Assembly (NCBI GenBank): GCA_963713615.1
Contig: CAVQMM010000001.1
Location: 2,784,001-2,848,000, forward strand
Length of the DNA: 64,000 nt
Reading direction: 5' to 3'
Origin: an uncultured Chlamydiae bacterium
GTDB taxonomy: Bacteria > Chlamydiota > Chlamydiia > Chlamydiales > JAJFMA01
The translations under genes and the position numbers were made by a program. The notes below the pieces were generated by a model. That model saw only the letters and a program-made list of their open reading frames with translations. It was not told the origin of the DNA and made no database searches. Shown here piece by piece: positions 18,245-27,994 of the stretch. Position 1 is the stretch's first letter; every line of letters begins with the position of its first letter.

Positions 18245-20046
18245 GAAACTTCATCTCCCGTTTCTAGAGACTGTAGTTCAACTAAGGCTGCGTAGCGCCC
18301 ACCTAAAGCCATGAGCTCACTGTGTGACCCATCCTCGGCAATCAAACCATCGTTCATATACAAAATGCGGTCCATTTGTTGCAGCAAAGGCGCGCGATGG
18401 GTTACTAAAATGACGGTCCTGCCCGCGAAGCTTTCACGCATATGTCCGAAAATTCTCTGCTCTGTGGCAGCATCAACGGCGGAGAAGATATCATCCAATA
18501 ACAAAATAGCTCGCCCTGCTAAAAAGGCCCTGGCAATGGCGACACGCTGCTTTTGGCCCCCAGAGAGACGCACACCGCGCTCACCTACCACGGTGTTATA
18601 TTGCATGGGGAAGCCCAGCACACTCTCATGTAGGTCAGCCAAGCGGGCAACCTGTTCAATTTCCGCTAGATTGGGAGCTTCAAGAGCCATCCCAACATTG
18701 TCAGCAACAGATTTGGAAAAGAGGAAGGGGGCCTGCTCAACAACAGCCATCGAACGATGAAGAGCTTCTCGGTGATATTCGTGAATGTCCCGACCGCCGA
18801 TAGATATCATCTCGTCAGGAATTTCGTATTCGCGATTGAGCAGACGTAGGAGGGTCGTTTTACCTGAAGCTACGGGTCCCGTAATACCGATAAAGGAACC
18901 TGAGCGAATAGTCAAAGAAACATTTTGTAAAGCGGGACGGTTTGCCGTGGGATAGGTAAAGGAGAGGTTATGAAAGCTAATATCGGCATTCGGGGGAACT
19001 TCAGGACCATTGGGGGGCCCTTCGGATACTTCAATAGGCTCTTCATAGATGTGTACCATACGAGCGTAGGCAGCACTACCACGTTGATACATAGGTAGTA
19101 CCCACCCGAGCATAAGAACTGGGCCAAAAATCGTCGATTGAATCCACATAAATGAAACAAAGTCTGCACTTCCGAGTTCAGTCCATCCGTAGAATAGGCT
19201 ATAGCCTGCGAAGAGAACCAATGCAACCGTGATGGCTTTGGTGAACAAGGTAAGAAAGGGAAAGAATAGCCCTCGCAAGCCAGCTAACCAGATGTTAAGC
19301 CTAAAGTAGCGCATTCCCAAGGCCTCGAAATGTGCTTTTGAAACCTCTTCCTGAGCCATGCTCTTTACCACGCGTGCTGCTGAAAAATGTTCCTGCGCAA
19401 AGGTGCTCATCTCACCCAGCACATCTTGGACCTCTTTTGAGCTTTGATACACCTTCCTCTGCGTGGTGAGAACAAAGAATGGCAAAACGAGTATGGGCAA
19501 AAGAGATAGCAAAGTCATCGGAGGTGAAATGCTCGCCAAGGCCGCTAAGGCAGGAATCACTAAAGTGGCAAAATAGAGGGGATACATAATACCCGGACCT
19601 AATACATCGCGATAGGCCGCAATGTCATTGGTCAGAACGCTCATCAGATCACCCACATGATGCCGATCATAGAAAGCCCGAGACTGCACCTGCAAGCGAT
19701 CGAATAACTGCGAACGCACCTCTCGCTCCACGTCGCGACTGACTGCTACAAACTCTACGCGCATGCGGTATTGAAAATAGGCCGCAATGAGAGAGATAAC
19801 GATCAGGATGATTACCCACACAGGCATGTGTTGGGCATAGGCTCCTAATCCAGAAGCTAACAATGCTGGCAAGCCTTTCCCCTGCTCTCCGTTTTGCGGG
19901 CTGATAGATAGGATAGCTTGGCGAAAGACCAAAGGATTGAAAACGAGCAATCCATTGGAAATCATGACCATCGCCAACGCAACACCTAAGCGTCGCCAGT
20001 AGCGTCTAGTGATGGCTAATAGATTGTTTAAGAGGCTTTTTTCCAT
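18241..20046 (-). CDS. ABC exporter, fused permease/ATPase (MdlA/YheI-like half)
   Basis: GPVASGKT, LSGGQKQR and degenerate Walker B LLLDD; ATGA overlap with the partner gene. Confidence 0.92.
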   Translation of the reverse strand: MEKSLLNNLLAITRRYWRRLGVALAMVMISNGLLVFNPLVFRQAILSISPQNGEQGKGLPALLASGLGAYAQHMPVWVIILIVISLIAAYFQYRMRVEFVAVSRDVEREVRSQLFDRLQVQSRAFYDRHHVGDLMSVLTNDIAAYRDVLGPGIMYPLYFATLVIPALAALASISPPMTLLSLLPILVLPFFVLTTQRKVYQSSKEVQDVLGEMSTFAQEHFSAARVVKSMAQEEVSKAHFEALGMRYFRLNIWLAGLRGLFFPFLTLFTKAITVALVLFAGYSLFYGWTELGSADFVSFMWIQSTIFGPVLMLGWVLPMYQRGSAAYARMVHIYEEPIEVSEGPPNGPEVPPNADISFHNLSFTYPTANRPALQNVSLTIRSGSFIGITGPVASGKTTLLRLLNREYEIPDEMISIGGRDIHEYHREALHRSMAVVEQAPFLFSKSVADNVGMALEAPNLAEIEQVARLADLHESVLGFPMQYNTVVGERGVRLSGGQKQRVAIARAFLAGRAILLLDDIFSAVDAATEQRIFGHMRESFAGRTVILVTHRAPLLQQMDRILYMNDGLIAEDGSHSELMALGGRYAALVELQSLETGDEVS

Positions 20047-21722
20047 GCACCTTGGCTAACAAGCTCTTTAGCAATACGATCGGGAATGACGCGGTCGAAG
20101 AGAACTTGTTGAAGTTTGGCGACATCACGATCAAGGGATGTCTCACTAGCCTCAACTGCTCGGTACCAAACCCCCACATAGGGCTTGTTTAAGGCCTTCG
20201 CCGCCTTAATCATTCCCTCAACATTTTTCTTTTTATCATCGATGAATAAGATCTTGTCGTAGTTAACGCTATTTTGCTGCAAGAATTGGAATAACACAAT
20301 AGCCTTATCGTTCTGCAACCCTGCAAAAACGACCCCGTTGAGATACTTGGCTGGATAAGGCGTAAGGAGTGTGAAGTCAGCTTTAGCAATAGAATTCTTG
20401 CCAAAATCAATCCAAAGAGATTGCAGCGCATCAAGAGTAGGGTAAGCCATTTCGATATAGCGCGCTGTCAACCCCATCATCTTGCATCCACGCAGCTGTA
20501 GCGCATGCACTACCTTAGCGGTATCCAGTTCCACGGGCCGCACAGAAGTACGCATGAGCACCTGATGCCAAAAAGGCACAAGGCGATCCAGCGCTTCTTC
20601 CTTGCTCATTCCTGCCTCCATAGCTTGCTTGCACACATGGTCCGCCCAAACGTCACCACCAAGCGATGAATCCGTGCGTATAAGAGTATCATTAAGATCG
20701 AAAACCACCAACGTGTTCTCGTCGGCCAAGTCCAATAAGTCAGCGATACGCTTGCTTTCACGTATCTCTACCGAAACATCATGGCTAGGCAATGATGGAA
20801 CAGAATGACTATTTTGTGTCTTAGTAAACACTAGTGTCTGATCTGCACGAGCACAACCTGTAATGGGGTCCTTGTACAAGGCAAGCAGCTTTTGTGCCTC
20901 TGGCATCGCCAAAATACGCTTGGCTAGATCGTCAGGAATAACAGTGCCCGCATAATGTTGCTGGAAATCGGCTACCTCAGGATCGAATGCAGCAGCTTTG
21001 TCATCCTGTCCACTGTAACGCAGACCAACGAATTCGATGTTTTTCTGCTGGCAAGCTGTCTGCATCGACGAAATATTGCCCTGACGATCATCTACAAAGA
21101 CGACTCGGCGAATGGAAGAATCGGCGATTTGCTCCAAAAATTGTTTAAAGATTTCACCTTTGGGATTGCAGTCGTGAGCAAAGATAACGCCTTCATGGAA
21201 GCTTGCGGGATAAGTAGCATCAAACCTAATGTCATTGTTTACCCAAGGATGAACAGAAAAATCTACGTCGATGCTATGTAAATGCTCGATGGTAGGTGGA
21301 AGTATCTTCGGTTGACGTGCTGTCAAGGCTATGACGGAATGAGCAGTCTGCTGCCAGTTTTTGATGCGATGCGCTAGACCTGCCTCACACGGCTCCACAG
21401 TGACATAACGCTGCATAGGCGAGAAGTGCACATAGGAAAGAGTCATTGCCGCTGGCTTGTCAAGGCCATTGGCCAAACCGCGATGAACAAGATGATGAAA
21501 CCATTCGGCTCCGCCAATTAACGTTGAAGAGCAAAAAACCGTGTTGTCTAGGTCTAGAACAACAAGCGTATCGGCTGTGATATATCTGTCTAGCACTGCA
21601 AAATCAGGCCCATCCAATACAAGTGAGTTTGGTGTTTCGCTTGCTAGGGTACGTGTCTGAAATGATAGTCCAATAGTCAGTGCTAAAAGGGCACACAGAA
21701 GAAATGCAGAGACTTTTCGCAT
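20028..21722 (-). CDS. Exported protein with two tandem DUF2608-like (HAD-fold) domains
   Basis: Signal peptide. Domain 1 LVVLDLDNT..LTAR..K..FVDDR; domain 2 LVVFDLNDT..LTAR..K..FIDDK. Confidence 0.8.
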   Translation of the reverse strand: MRKVSAFLLCALLALTIGLSFQTRTLASETPNSLVLDGPDFAVLDRYITADTLVVLDLDNTVFCSSTLIGGAEWFHHLVHRGLANGLDKPAAMTLSYVHFSPMQRYVTVEPCEAGLAHRIKNWQQTAHSVIALTARQPKILPPTIEHLHSIDVDFSVHPWVNNDIRFDATYPASFHEGVIFAHDCNPKGEIFKQFLEQIADSSIRRVVFVDDRQGNISSMQTACQQKNIEFVGLRYSGQDDKAAAFDPEVADFQQHYAGTVIPDDLAKRILAMPEAQKLLALYKDPITGCARADQTLVFTKTQNSHSVPSLPSHDVSVEIRESKRIADLLDLADENTLVVFDLNDTLIRTDSSLGGDVWADHVCKQAMEAGMSKEEALDRLVPFWHQVLMRTSVRPVELDTAKVVHALQLRGCKMMGLTARYIEMAYPTLDALQSLWIDFGKNSIAKADFTLLTPYPAKYLNGVVFAGLQNDKAIVLFQFLQQNSVNYDKILFIDDKKKNVEGMIKAAKALNKPYVGVWYRAVEASETSLDRDVAKLQQVLFDRVIPDRIAKELVSQGAWKKAS

Positions 21723-21830
21723 GGCTAGCTCCTACAGACTCTTGAACGAATTTTCAGGAGATTATGACGCAGGTAAGACCTTTTTGCAAGACACAAACAC
21801 AGTGAACAACTCTTTAGGAGTCCTTTTGCA

Positions 21831-22913
21831 TTATTGACTTAGAAGCGTTACAAAGACGTCATTGATGTAATATTTTTCGCGACCGACCTTAACGCCTCTT
21901 AATACTCCAATTTGTTCTAGCTTTTGAAGATAGCGTGATGCCGTTTGTCTTTGAGCGATACCTGCGTTTTCCAAAAAAATAATTTTGCAATAGGGATGCT
22001 GGAAAATAACCTCCAAGAGATCCTTAGAGTAAATCTCTGGGGCGGTGTCCTTTACCTTCTTTATGGTATCACGAAACAGATCATGAATTTTTAATAGCCG
22101 AACTCTAGTCTGATTAGCGGTATCATGAATAGCATCCAAAAAATAGACTATCCAGTCTTCCCATTTAGCCTGTTCCGTAATACTTCTGAGCCCGGAATAG
22201 TATTTTGATCGTTGCTCCATAAAGTAACGAGAGAGGTAGAGAACCGGGGTGTCTAGGAGTTCCTTTTCAACCAAGTATAGAATGTTAAGGATACGTCCAG
22301 TTCGGCCATTCCCGTCGTGAAAAGGATGTATCGCCTCAAATTGATAATGAATGACTGCCAACTTGATCAAAGGGTCTACCGAATCTCGAGCATAAATATA
22401 GTGTTCCAGATTAGCTAACTTGTCACGAATGACGGCTTCTCCCTCAGGAGGTGTATAGATGATTTCACCTGAAGGCGTAGCCAGTTTGGTTCCCGAAGTC
22501 CTTCGAACAACCGTTTCACTACCTATAAGTATGGTGCAAAGTTCCTCAAATAGTGTCGTAGTCAGTAAACGTTTCTTACTCTTGAGCGCAAAATATCCGT
22601 GCCAGAGAGCATCGTGGTAGTGCAAGACTTCTTTCGTGTCCAAAGAAACCTGGTGGTCACGAGATGTGAAAGCTCTATACAGTTCATCGTTTGTGGTAAC
22701 GATATTTTCGATTTCCGATGATAGCTTAGCTTCCTGCAACCCAATTGTCTGGATCAGAACAGACTGATTTGGAATCAATGGACCGGTTCCTTTTAACTCG
22801 GCCAGTGCTCTATGGGCAGCAATAGCCTTCTTTAGAACAATCGCAGTTTCAAGCTCTTGATCTGGAGGCAGAAGAGGTAGATCATTGTAACTTTTTTCAC
22901 GATGATAAGACAC
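21831..22913 (-). CDS. Fic-family AMP transferase (class II, SoFic-like, with C-terminal HTH)
   Basis: Canonical HPFHDGNGRTGR, N-terminal inhibitory motif SSEIEN, C-terminal RQTASRYLQKLEQIGVL. Confidence 0.92.
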   Translation of the reverse strand: MSYHREKSYNDLPLLPPDQELETAIVLKKAIAAHRALAELKGTGPLIPNQSVLIQTIGLQEAKLSSEIENIVTTNDELYRAFTSRDHQVSLDTKEVLHYHDALWHGYFALKSKKRLLTTTLFEELCTILIGSETVVRRTSGTKLATPSGEIIYTPPEGEAVIRDKLANLEHYIYARDSVDPLIKLAVIHYQFEAIHPFHDGNGRTGRILNILYLVEKELLDTPVLYLSRYFMEQRSKYYSGLRSITEQAKWEDWIVYFLDAIHDTANQTRVRLLKIHDLFRDTIKKVKDTAPEIYSKDLLEVIFQHPYCKIIFLENAGIAQRQTASRYLQKLEQIGVLRGVKVGREKYYINDVFVTLLSQ

Positions 22914-22920
22914 CCAAACT

Positions 22921-23060
22921 CCTGATATGTCGATTTGATCAACATATTAGCATAATATGTCGATTTTTTAACGAAAAATCAACATATCAGGAAACTCATC
23001 CAGCAATTTAGCGGTAAAAAGGGGTGAATACGTCGATTTTTTTCCGAAAAATCGACATGT
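22921..23060. promoter_or_regulatory. Three palindromic operator-like boxes upstream of fic
   Basis: ATATGTCGAT..ATCAACATAT at ~22925 and ~22955, and GTCGATTTTT..AAAAATCGAC at ~23032. Confidence 0.5.
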
Positions 23061-23079
23061 CAAGAACCTTGAGGACGAT

Positions 23080-23307
23080 CAATCGTATCTCGGCGCGCAG
23101 CGCTTTGGAGTGCGTGTCGCTCGCGACCGCTTTGGATTTGGGTGAGCCTATTGAATCACACACCGTTCTTTGGAGGCTGCCCCCCCTCACAGTTACCCCT
23201 AGAGAGAAGGGTTACGTTTCTTGCAATGCCAACTTCGCCCAAATCCAAAGCGGTCGCAAGCGACCGCACTCCAAAGCGCTGCGCGCCGAGATACGATTGT
23301 GAGGGCT
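23080..23307. repeat. Palindromic element family A, copy 2 (core inverted relative to copy 1)
   Basis: Same arms and core as 10040-10277. Confidence 0.9.
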
Positions 23308-23373
23308 TAGATTAAGGCCCATGAGGCTTGTACATGGTCGTCACTTCGTGACTAGAAGACAGGCGCTCCCTAG

Positions 23374-25356
23374 TCACCACCCAAAAAGGTTGGTAAGGAT
23401 TCGGCTAACGTCGTTGTAGGTAAGAAAGACAAAAAAGACAATTAGCAGCAATGCAAAGGGCACAATCATCTTTTCCAATGTCTTGATCTTAATACGGCGT
23501 CGGCTGATCAACTCAAACAAAGAAAAGCATACAGTTCCGCCATCCAATACAGGTATAGGCAGGAGGTTTAGGATCCCTAAGTTGAGACTTACAGCACCCA
23601 ACCAAAAGAGCCCTTCCTTGGCACTCACAGCCCAATTTTGCTGAATGACCTGCACCAATCCTATGGGTCCAGCAATCCACTTGGGGCTCAAGGTCCCAGT
23701 CGCAAAGGCTTTTAATGTTCGCCAAATCTCGCTACAGACGCCCTCAAACAAGGCGATTGGTCCTGGATTATAGACGACTGTACGGTCGTGGAAGTAAGGA
23801 GGGCCCAGGTGTAGCTGCCGTTCATCCTTATCGATCACTTCTAAGGCATAGGCTCGACGCTCAGGATCATCGATGGCTTCAAACTGCCGACGTGTATCGC
23901 GAATCTTAGCGGCGTACAGCGACTGAGCCTCTGAGGTGGTGGCAAACTCTCGGTGCGTCTTTGGCGTAATCGCATTAAGCCGATAGAGGTTGCCTATCGA
24001 TGTTGCGGTATCAGGAATCCCGATTCCTGCGATAAGATGCTGAAGCTGATCCCAATTGATTTCTTTATCAAATTCTTTGTTTGCCTGCGTCCAAAGGACC
24101 TTCTCATTGTTTTCGCCTGGTGCGCTGCGCGAAACAATCATCACAACTTTAGGCTCTTGTATATGCAGAAGAAGATCATGCGCAAACTTGATAGGCTCGC
24201 CATTGACAGCGATGATCTTATCCCCAGCCTTCAGGGGCTCCTCAACAATGGAAAAAGGATGTGCAGGAAATGCTGCCTTTTGCGCTTCGGGGTCAATATA
24301 GGGAATCATCTCTTCAACAACGGCTTCATGCGTAAGAGCATAAGGGATCATATTGAGCTTAGAAACCCGCAGCTTTTGAAGTCCTGCCTCATATTGCCAA
24401 TCAGCAAGTTCGTCCCGGAATGAAGATGAAAGCTTTAGCTCTTGAATAGCACCTCTTGGTACTCTTTTAAGCAACTTTTTACCTTGTCGATCAATCGTCA
24501 ACAACGTCTTAGGCTCATTCAGAAGATAGGAGAGCTCTGGCTGAGAAAAAATTAATTCTCCATTGGCCCAAATAACACGATCGTTCGCTTGTATACCGCT
24601 CATATTAAGAGGAGACCCACTAGCCAACATTTGTGTTAACTCATCCATAGAACTCACGGATGGGTCATAGATGAGATAGCTAGCGGAATCGAGGATGCCG
24701 GCGGTCTTTAACGTTTTGTCGGGAGACCGAGGGTGCGGATAGACATTAACTTGCACGTCAAACGGCTCTTCAGTGCCTTTGAAATAGTTGAAATGCTCAC
24801 CATGAATATGTATGGGCCCGTCCGCTGTCAGAGCTTCGTAAAGGTGGTCTTTATTGCTGGTATAAGCACGATCACCATAGGCAACGATCTCATCGCCAGG
24901 TCGCACTCCATCTTGAAATAAATCGGATTTAGGATCGACCCAACCAATTTTGGAAGAGAATTCGGAAAAACTCTTGTCTCGTCCACCAACCATCCACAAC
25001 AGGCCAAAAGCGACAAAGGCGAGAACAATGTTTGCTAAAGGACCAGCTAAAGAAACTTTTATACGGTCAATGGGTGGCCGGCCAAAAAAGCCATCCGGAA
25101 TCTGGTAGGGATCGATGGTTTCATCCTCGGCATCCTGCCCTTTGATCTTTACGTATCCGCCAAAAGGAATCCAATTCAGTCTCCATTCGGTGCCATTACG
25201 CATCCAGCGGTAAATAGGCCTGCCAAAACCAATGCCGAAGGCTTCCACAGACATGCCCACTTTGCGGGCCATGAAGTAATGTCCCAACTCGTGAATGAAG
25301 ATAAGAAAACCCAACACAAGGAGGGCGATAAATAAATACATGAGACTTCCTAACAT
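23374..25356 (-). CDS. rseP: Site-2 zinc metalloprotease (RseP family, long form)
   Basis: HELGH, IPFGGYVK, AGPLAN, PDZ-like segments and NLLPIPVLDGG; adjacent to dxr. Confidence 0.92.
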   Translation of the reverse strand: MLGSLMYLFIALLVLGFLIFIHELGHYFMARKVGMSVEAFGIGFGRPIYRWMRNGTEWRLNWIPFGGYVKIKGQDAEDETIDPYQIPDGFFGRPPIDRIKVSLAGPLANIVLAFVAFGLLWMVGGRDKSFSEFSSKIGWVDPKSDLFQDGVRPGDEIVAYGDRAYTSNKDHLYEALTADGPIHIHGEHFNYFKGTEEPFDVQVNVYPHPRSPDKTLKTAGILDSASYLIYDPSVSSMDELTQMLASGSPLNMSGIQANDRVIWANGELIFSQPELSYLLNEPKTLLTIDRQGKKLLKRVPRGAIQELKLSSSFRDELADWQYEAGLQKLRVSKLNMIPYALTHEAVVEEMIPYIDPEAQKAAFPAHPFSIVEEPLKAGDKIIAVNGEPIKFAHDLLLHIQEPKVVMIVSRSAPGENNEKVLWTQANKEFDKEINWDQLQHLIAGIGIPDTATSIGNLYRLNAITPKTHREFATTSEAQSLYAAKIRDTRRQFEAIDDPERRAYALEVIDKDERQLHLGPPYFHDRTVVYNPGPIALFEGVCSEIWRTLKAFATGTLSPKWIAGPIGLVQVIQQNWAVSAKEGLFWLGAVSLNLGILNLLPIPVLDGGTVCFSLFELISRRRIKIKTLEKMIVPFALLLIVFFVFLTYNDVSRILTNLFGW

Positions 25357-25376
25357 AATACGATTACCCTGTTATC

Positions 25377-26513
25377 CTATACATAACTAGCCTCGTGTCG
25401 CGCTGTTCCATCGACTGCGAGAATAGAATCTAAAGTAGCGCCCGCCTGCACGATATGACAGGACATCAGGTCCGCCAGTTTAGTACCGATTCCCTTCCAG
25501 CTTATCTCGCCCTTGACAAATCTCTCTACTAGAACTTCGTTGGCGGCATTCATAAAGACTGGCAGGGTACCTCCGGTATGTCCAGCTTGATAGGCTAAAG
25601 ACAGACAACGAAAACGATCGGTGTCCGGCGCGGCAAATTCAAGCTTACTGCACTTGGAAAAATTAAATGGCTCCAAAATGCCTTTACATCGATGAGGATA
25701 AGTCAAAGCATATTGTATTGGAGTGATCATATCCGGAACACTCATCTGCGCCAGCATAGACCCATCGACGAACTCAACCATGCTGTGAATAATGCTCTGA
25801 GGATGAATGACCACCTCGATTTTATCCAAGGGGATGCCATATAGCCAATGAGCTTCTAAAACTTCCAAACCCTTATTCATCAGCGTGGAGCAATCAATCG
25901 TTATCTTGGGGCCCATATCCCAGTTGGGGTGACGCAGGGCCATCTCCACTGTGATGCTCTCGAGCTGTTCGGGATTCCAATGGCGGAAGGGCCCTCCAGA
26001 GGCTGTAAGAATGAGGCGACGCACAGTAGCAGAATCCTCACCCTCGAGACATTGAAATAGGGCGCTGTGTTCACTGTCGACTGGAATAATTTTGACATTG
26101 TTTTCTCGAGCCTTAGCCATGACCAAGGCTCCGGCAGACACGAGGACCTCTTTGTTAGCGAGGGCTATCTCTTTGTGGGCCTCGATAGCTGCCAAAGTAG
26201 GAAGAATGCCCGCAGTACCGACCATCGCAGCAACGACCATATCGACATGATCGCTTGCAACGATTTCGCAAAGACCAGCCATACCCGCCAAGACTTTTAT
26301 CTTGGGCAGCCGATGTTGTAACTCTTCAGCTCGCACCTCATCCCAAACAGCGATGACCTTAGGATGAAATTCCAGTGCCTGTTCGTACAAGGCATCAATA
26401 TTGGACTTGGCTGCCAGTGCTGTTACTTGAAATTGGTCTGAGAGATGCCGGACGACCTTTAAGGCACTTTTGCCTATCGAACCGGTACTTCCTAGAATGG
26501 CGAGACGTTTCAT
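25377..26513 (-). CDS. dxr: 1-deoxy-D-xylulose 5-phosphate reductoisomerase
   Basis: LGSTGSIG, LANKE, PVDSEH, HPNWDMGPKIT and NKGLE. Confidence 0.98.
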   Translation of the reverse strand: MKRLAILGSTGSIGKSALKVVRHLSDQFQVTALAAKSNIDALYEQALEFHPKVIAVWDEVRAEELQHRLPKIKVLAGMAGLCEIVASDHVDMVVAAMVGTAGILPTLAAIEAHKEIALANKEVLVSAGALVMAKARENNVKIIPVDSEHSALFQCLEGEDSATVRRLILTASGGPFRHWNPEQLESITVEMALRHPNWDMGPKITIDCSTLMNKGLEVLEAHWLYGIPLDKIEVVIHPQSIIHSMVEFVDGSMLAQMSVPDMITPIQYALTYPHRCKGILEPFNFSKCSKLEFAAPDTDRFRCLSLAYQAGHTGGTLPVFMNAANEVLVERFVKGEISWKGIGTKLADLMSCHIVQAGATLDSILAVDGTARHEASYV

Positions 26514-26609
26514 AGCTACAGCATTTGTTTACAGGGATATATGCCTTATAAATGATATAAAGCATTATAGCAGCCTAGAAGTGAATGTCAATAAGTACCT
26601 TGTGAGGAT

Positions 26610-27812
26610 TTATGCCACTTGCTCAGGCGGGGGGGGCAAAGAAGGCTCACGAAGCCAGCCATCTAGCTGATTTCTACGCGCATCGTTTGTTGGCGAACTG
26701 CCATACCAAAGACTTTTCTGTCCGCTTATGAAACTAGGATCATGCTTGTGTCCGCCTGGAACTTCTGTAAGATTGGCGAATTTTTGTGGCTTTTCTTCGA
26801 CCCACCCTTCAATTTTTTTCCAGTAAGCTTGTGGCGTAATCGCATCTTCCTCTGCCCTGACAAAAAGCGCTCGTCCTTTAAGACTCTGGATGCGGGATTC
26901 TGTGTCAAAAGTTGTGACGTTATTGAAGACTTTTTTGGCTACGTTTCGTAATTTTTTGGGGAACCCACGCTCCTTCAAATCATTTTCCACCGGTGTGGTC
27001 ATCTTATCAAAAGTTCGTTCCAATACAACATCTACATCTCGGACGGTTCCAAGATACCCTACAGCAGCTCCTCCTAAGGAATAGCCGATCGCCTTAGCAG
27101 AATTATTGGGATCTATACCCTTTTCGGCAGCTATATCCTGCATTTTATCATATGCGGCGACGGAATCTTCATAGATATGCTTTTCTGTAGCCTTGCCTTC
27201 ACTTTTTCCAAATCCTGAATAATTAAAAACCATGACGTTGTGGCCAAGTTTGGTAAGAGATTGTACCATTGGAACGACATAGTTTTCATTAGACTCATGA
27301 CTTCCACTGCAAATCAAAATTGTCTGATTAGTGGCCTTCCATTGAGCTTGATCCACCCCGGGGGGCGCTGTCGCCGTACTCGTAAAAAACAACCCTTCTA
27401 ATCTGCGCTCTTTCCCCTCTGAACCAGAGACGATTTCAACCTTCTCTGTGGTATACTTCAACCAATGACCCGGTGGATCAACAGCTTGGGGTGATTCAAG
27501 CCACTCACGTAGGTGTTCGTTCGTCCTTTTTACGTCTTTACCAAAACCAGAAACTGAAGCACGGGCTGTTACTGGCTGTAGGATCTTGCCAACGATACTA
27601 CTGGGGTTTCCCGGAGCCTTTATAGGCATCACGGGACCCTTAATTGCTTGATGTTCAGCTGGATTTTGATGTGCTATGTTTTGTTTAGCCACTTGGTCGA
27701 TTTCATTCTGGTGTAATTCCGCAACAGGTTCAGCTTGATGAACCTCATTATCACCACCCACCCCAACCTGTGGATTCTCGTGATGTATATCCCCTTGCAC
27801 ATCCATAAACAC
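26610..27812 (-). CDS. Alpha/beta hydrolase with disordered N-terminus
   Basis: FNYSGFGKSEG, nucleophile elbow GYSLGG, candidate Asp (EEDAIT) and His (GGH). Confidence 0.8.
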   Translation of the reverse strand: MFMDVQGDIHHENPQVGVGGDNEVHQAEPVAELHQNEIDQVAKQNIAHQNPAEHQAIKGPVMPIKAPGNPSSIVGKILQPVTARASVSGFGKDVKRTNEHLREWLESPQAVDPPGHWLKYTTEKVEIVSGSEGKERRLEGLFFTSTATAPPGVDQAQWKATNQTILICSGSHESNENYVVPMVQSLTKLGHNVMVFNYSGFGKSEGKATEKHIYEDSVAAYDKMQDIAAEKGIDPNNSAKAIGYSLGGAAVGYLGTVRDVDVVLERTFDKMTTPVENDLKERGFPKKLRNVAKKVFNNVTTFDTESRIQSLKGRALFVRAEEDAITPQAYWKKIEGWVEEKPQKFANLTEVPGGHKHDPSFISGQKSLWYGSSPTNDARRNQLDGWLREPSLPPPPEQVA

Positions 27813-27994
27813 ACCTCGCTAATAAATTAAGCATCTCATACAATAATTATAGTTATAAACTTATTTATTGTTCAAATAATCATTTTGCAACTACTTAATA
27901 AATGCATCTACCCGTGTATGGTTACATCTCGGCGTTCTCTGCTATGGTAAAAAAACGTCACAATCCTATAGTCTTTATGCTCAAAACCTGAACC

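Noticed and set aside
27813..27994. BirA operator or riboswitch upstream of the bio operon
   Set aside because: No convincing TGTAAAC-N-GTTGACA-type palindrome or conserved RNA motif is visible.
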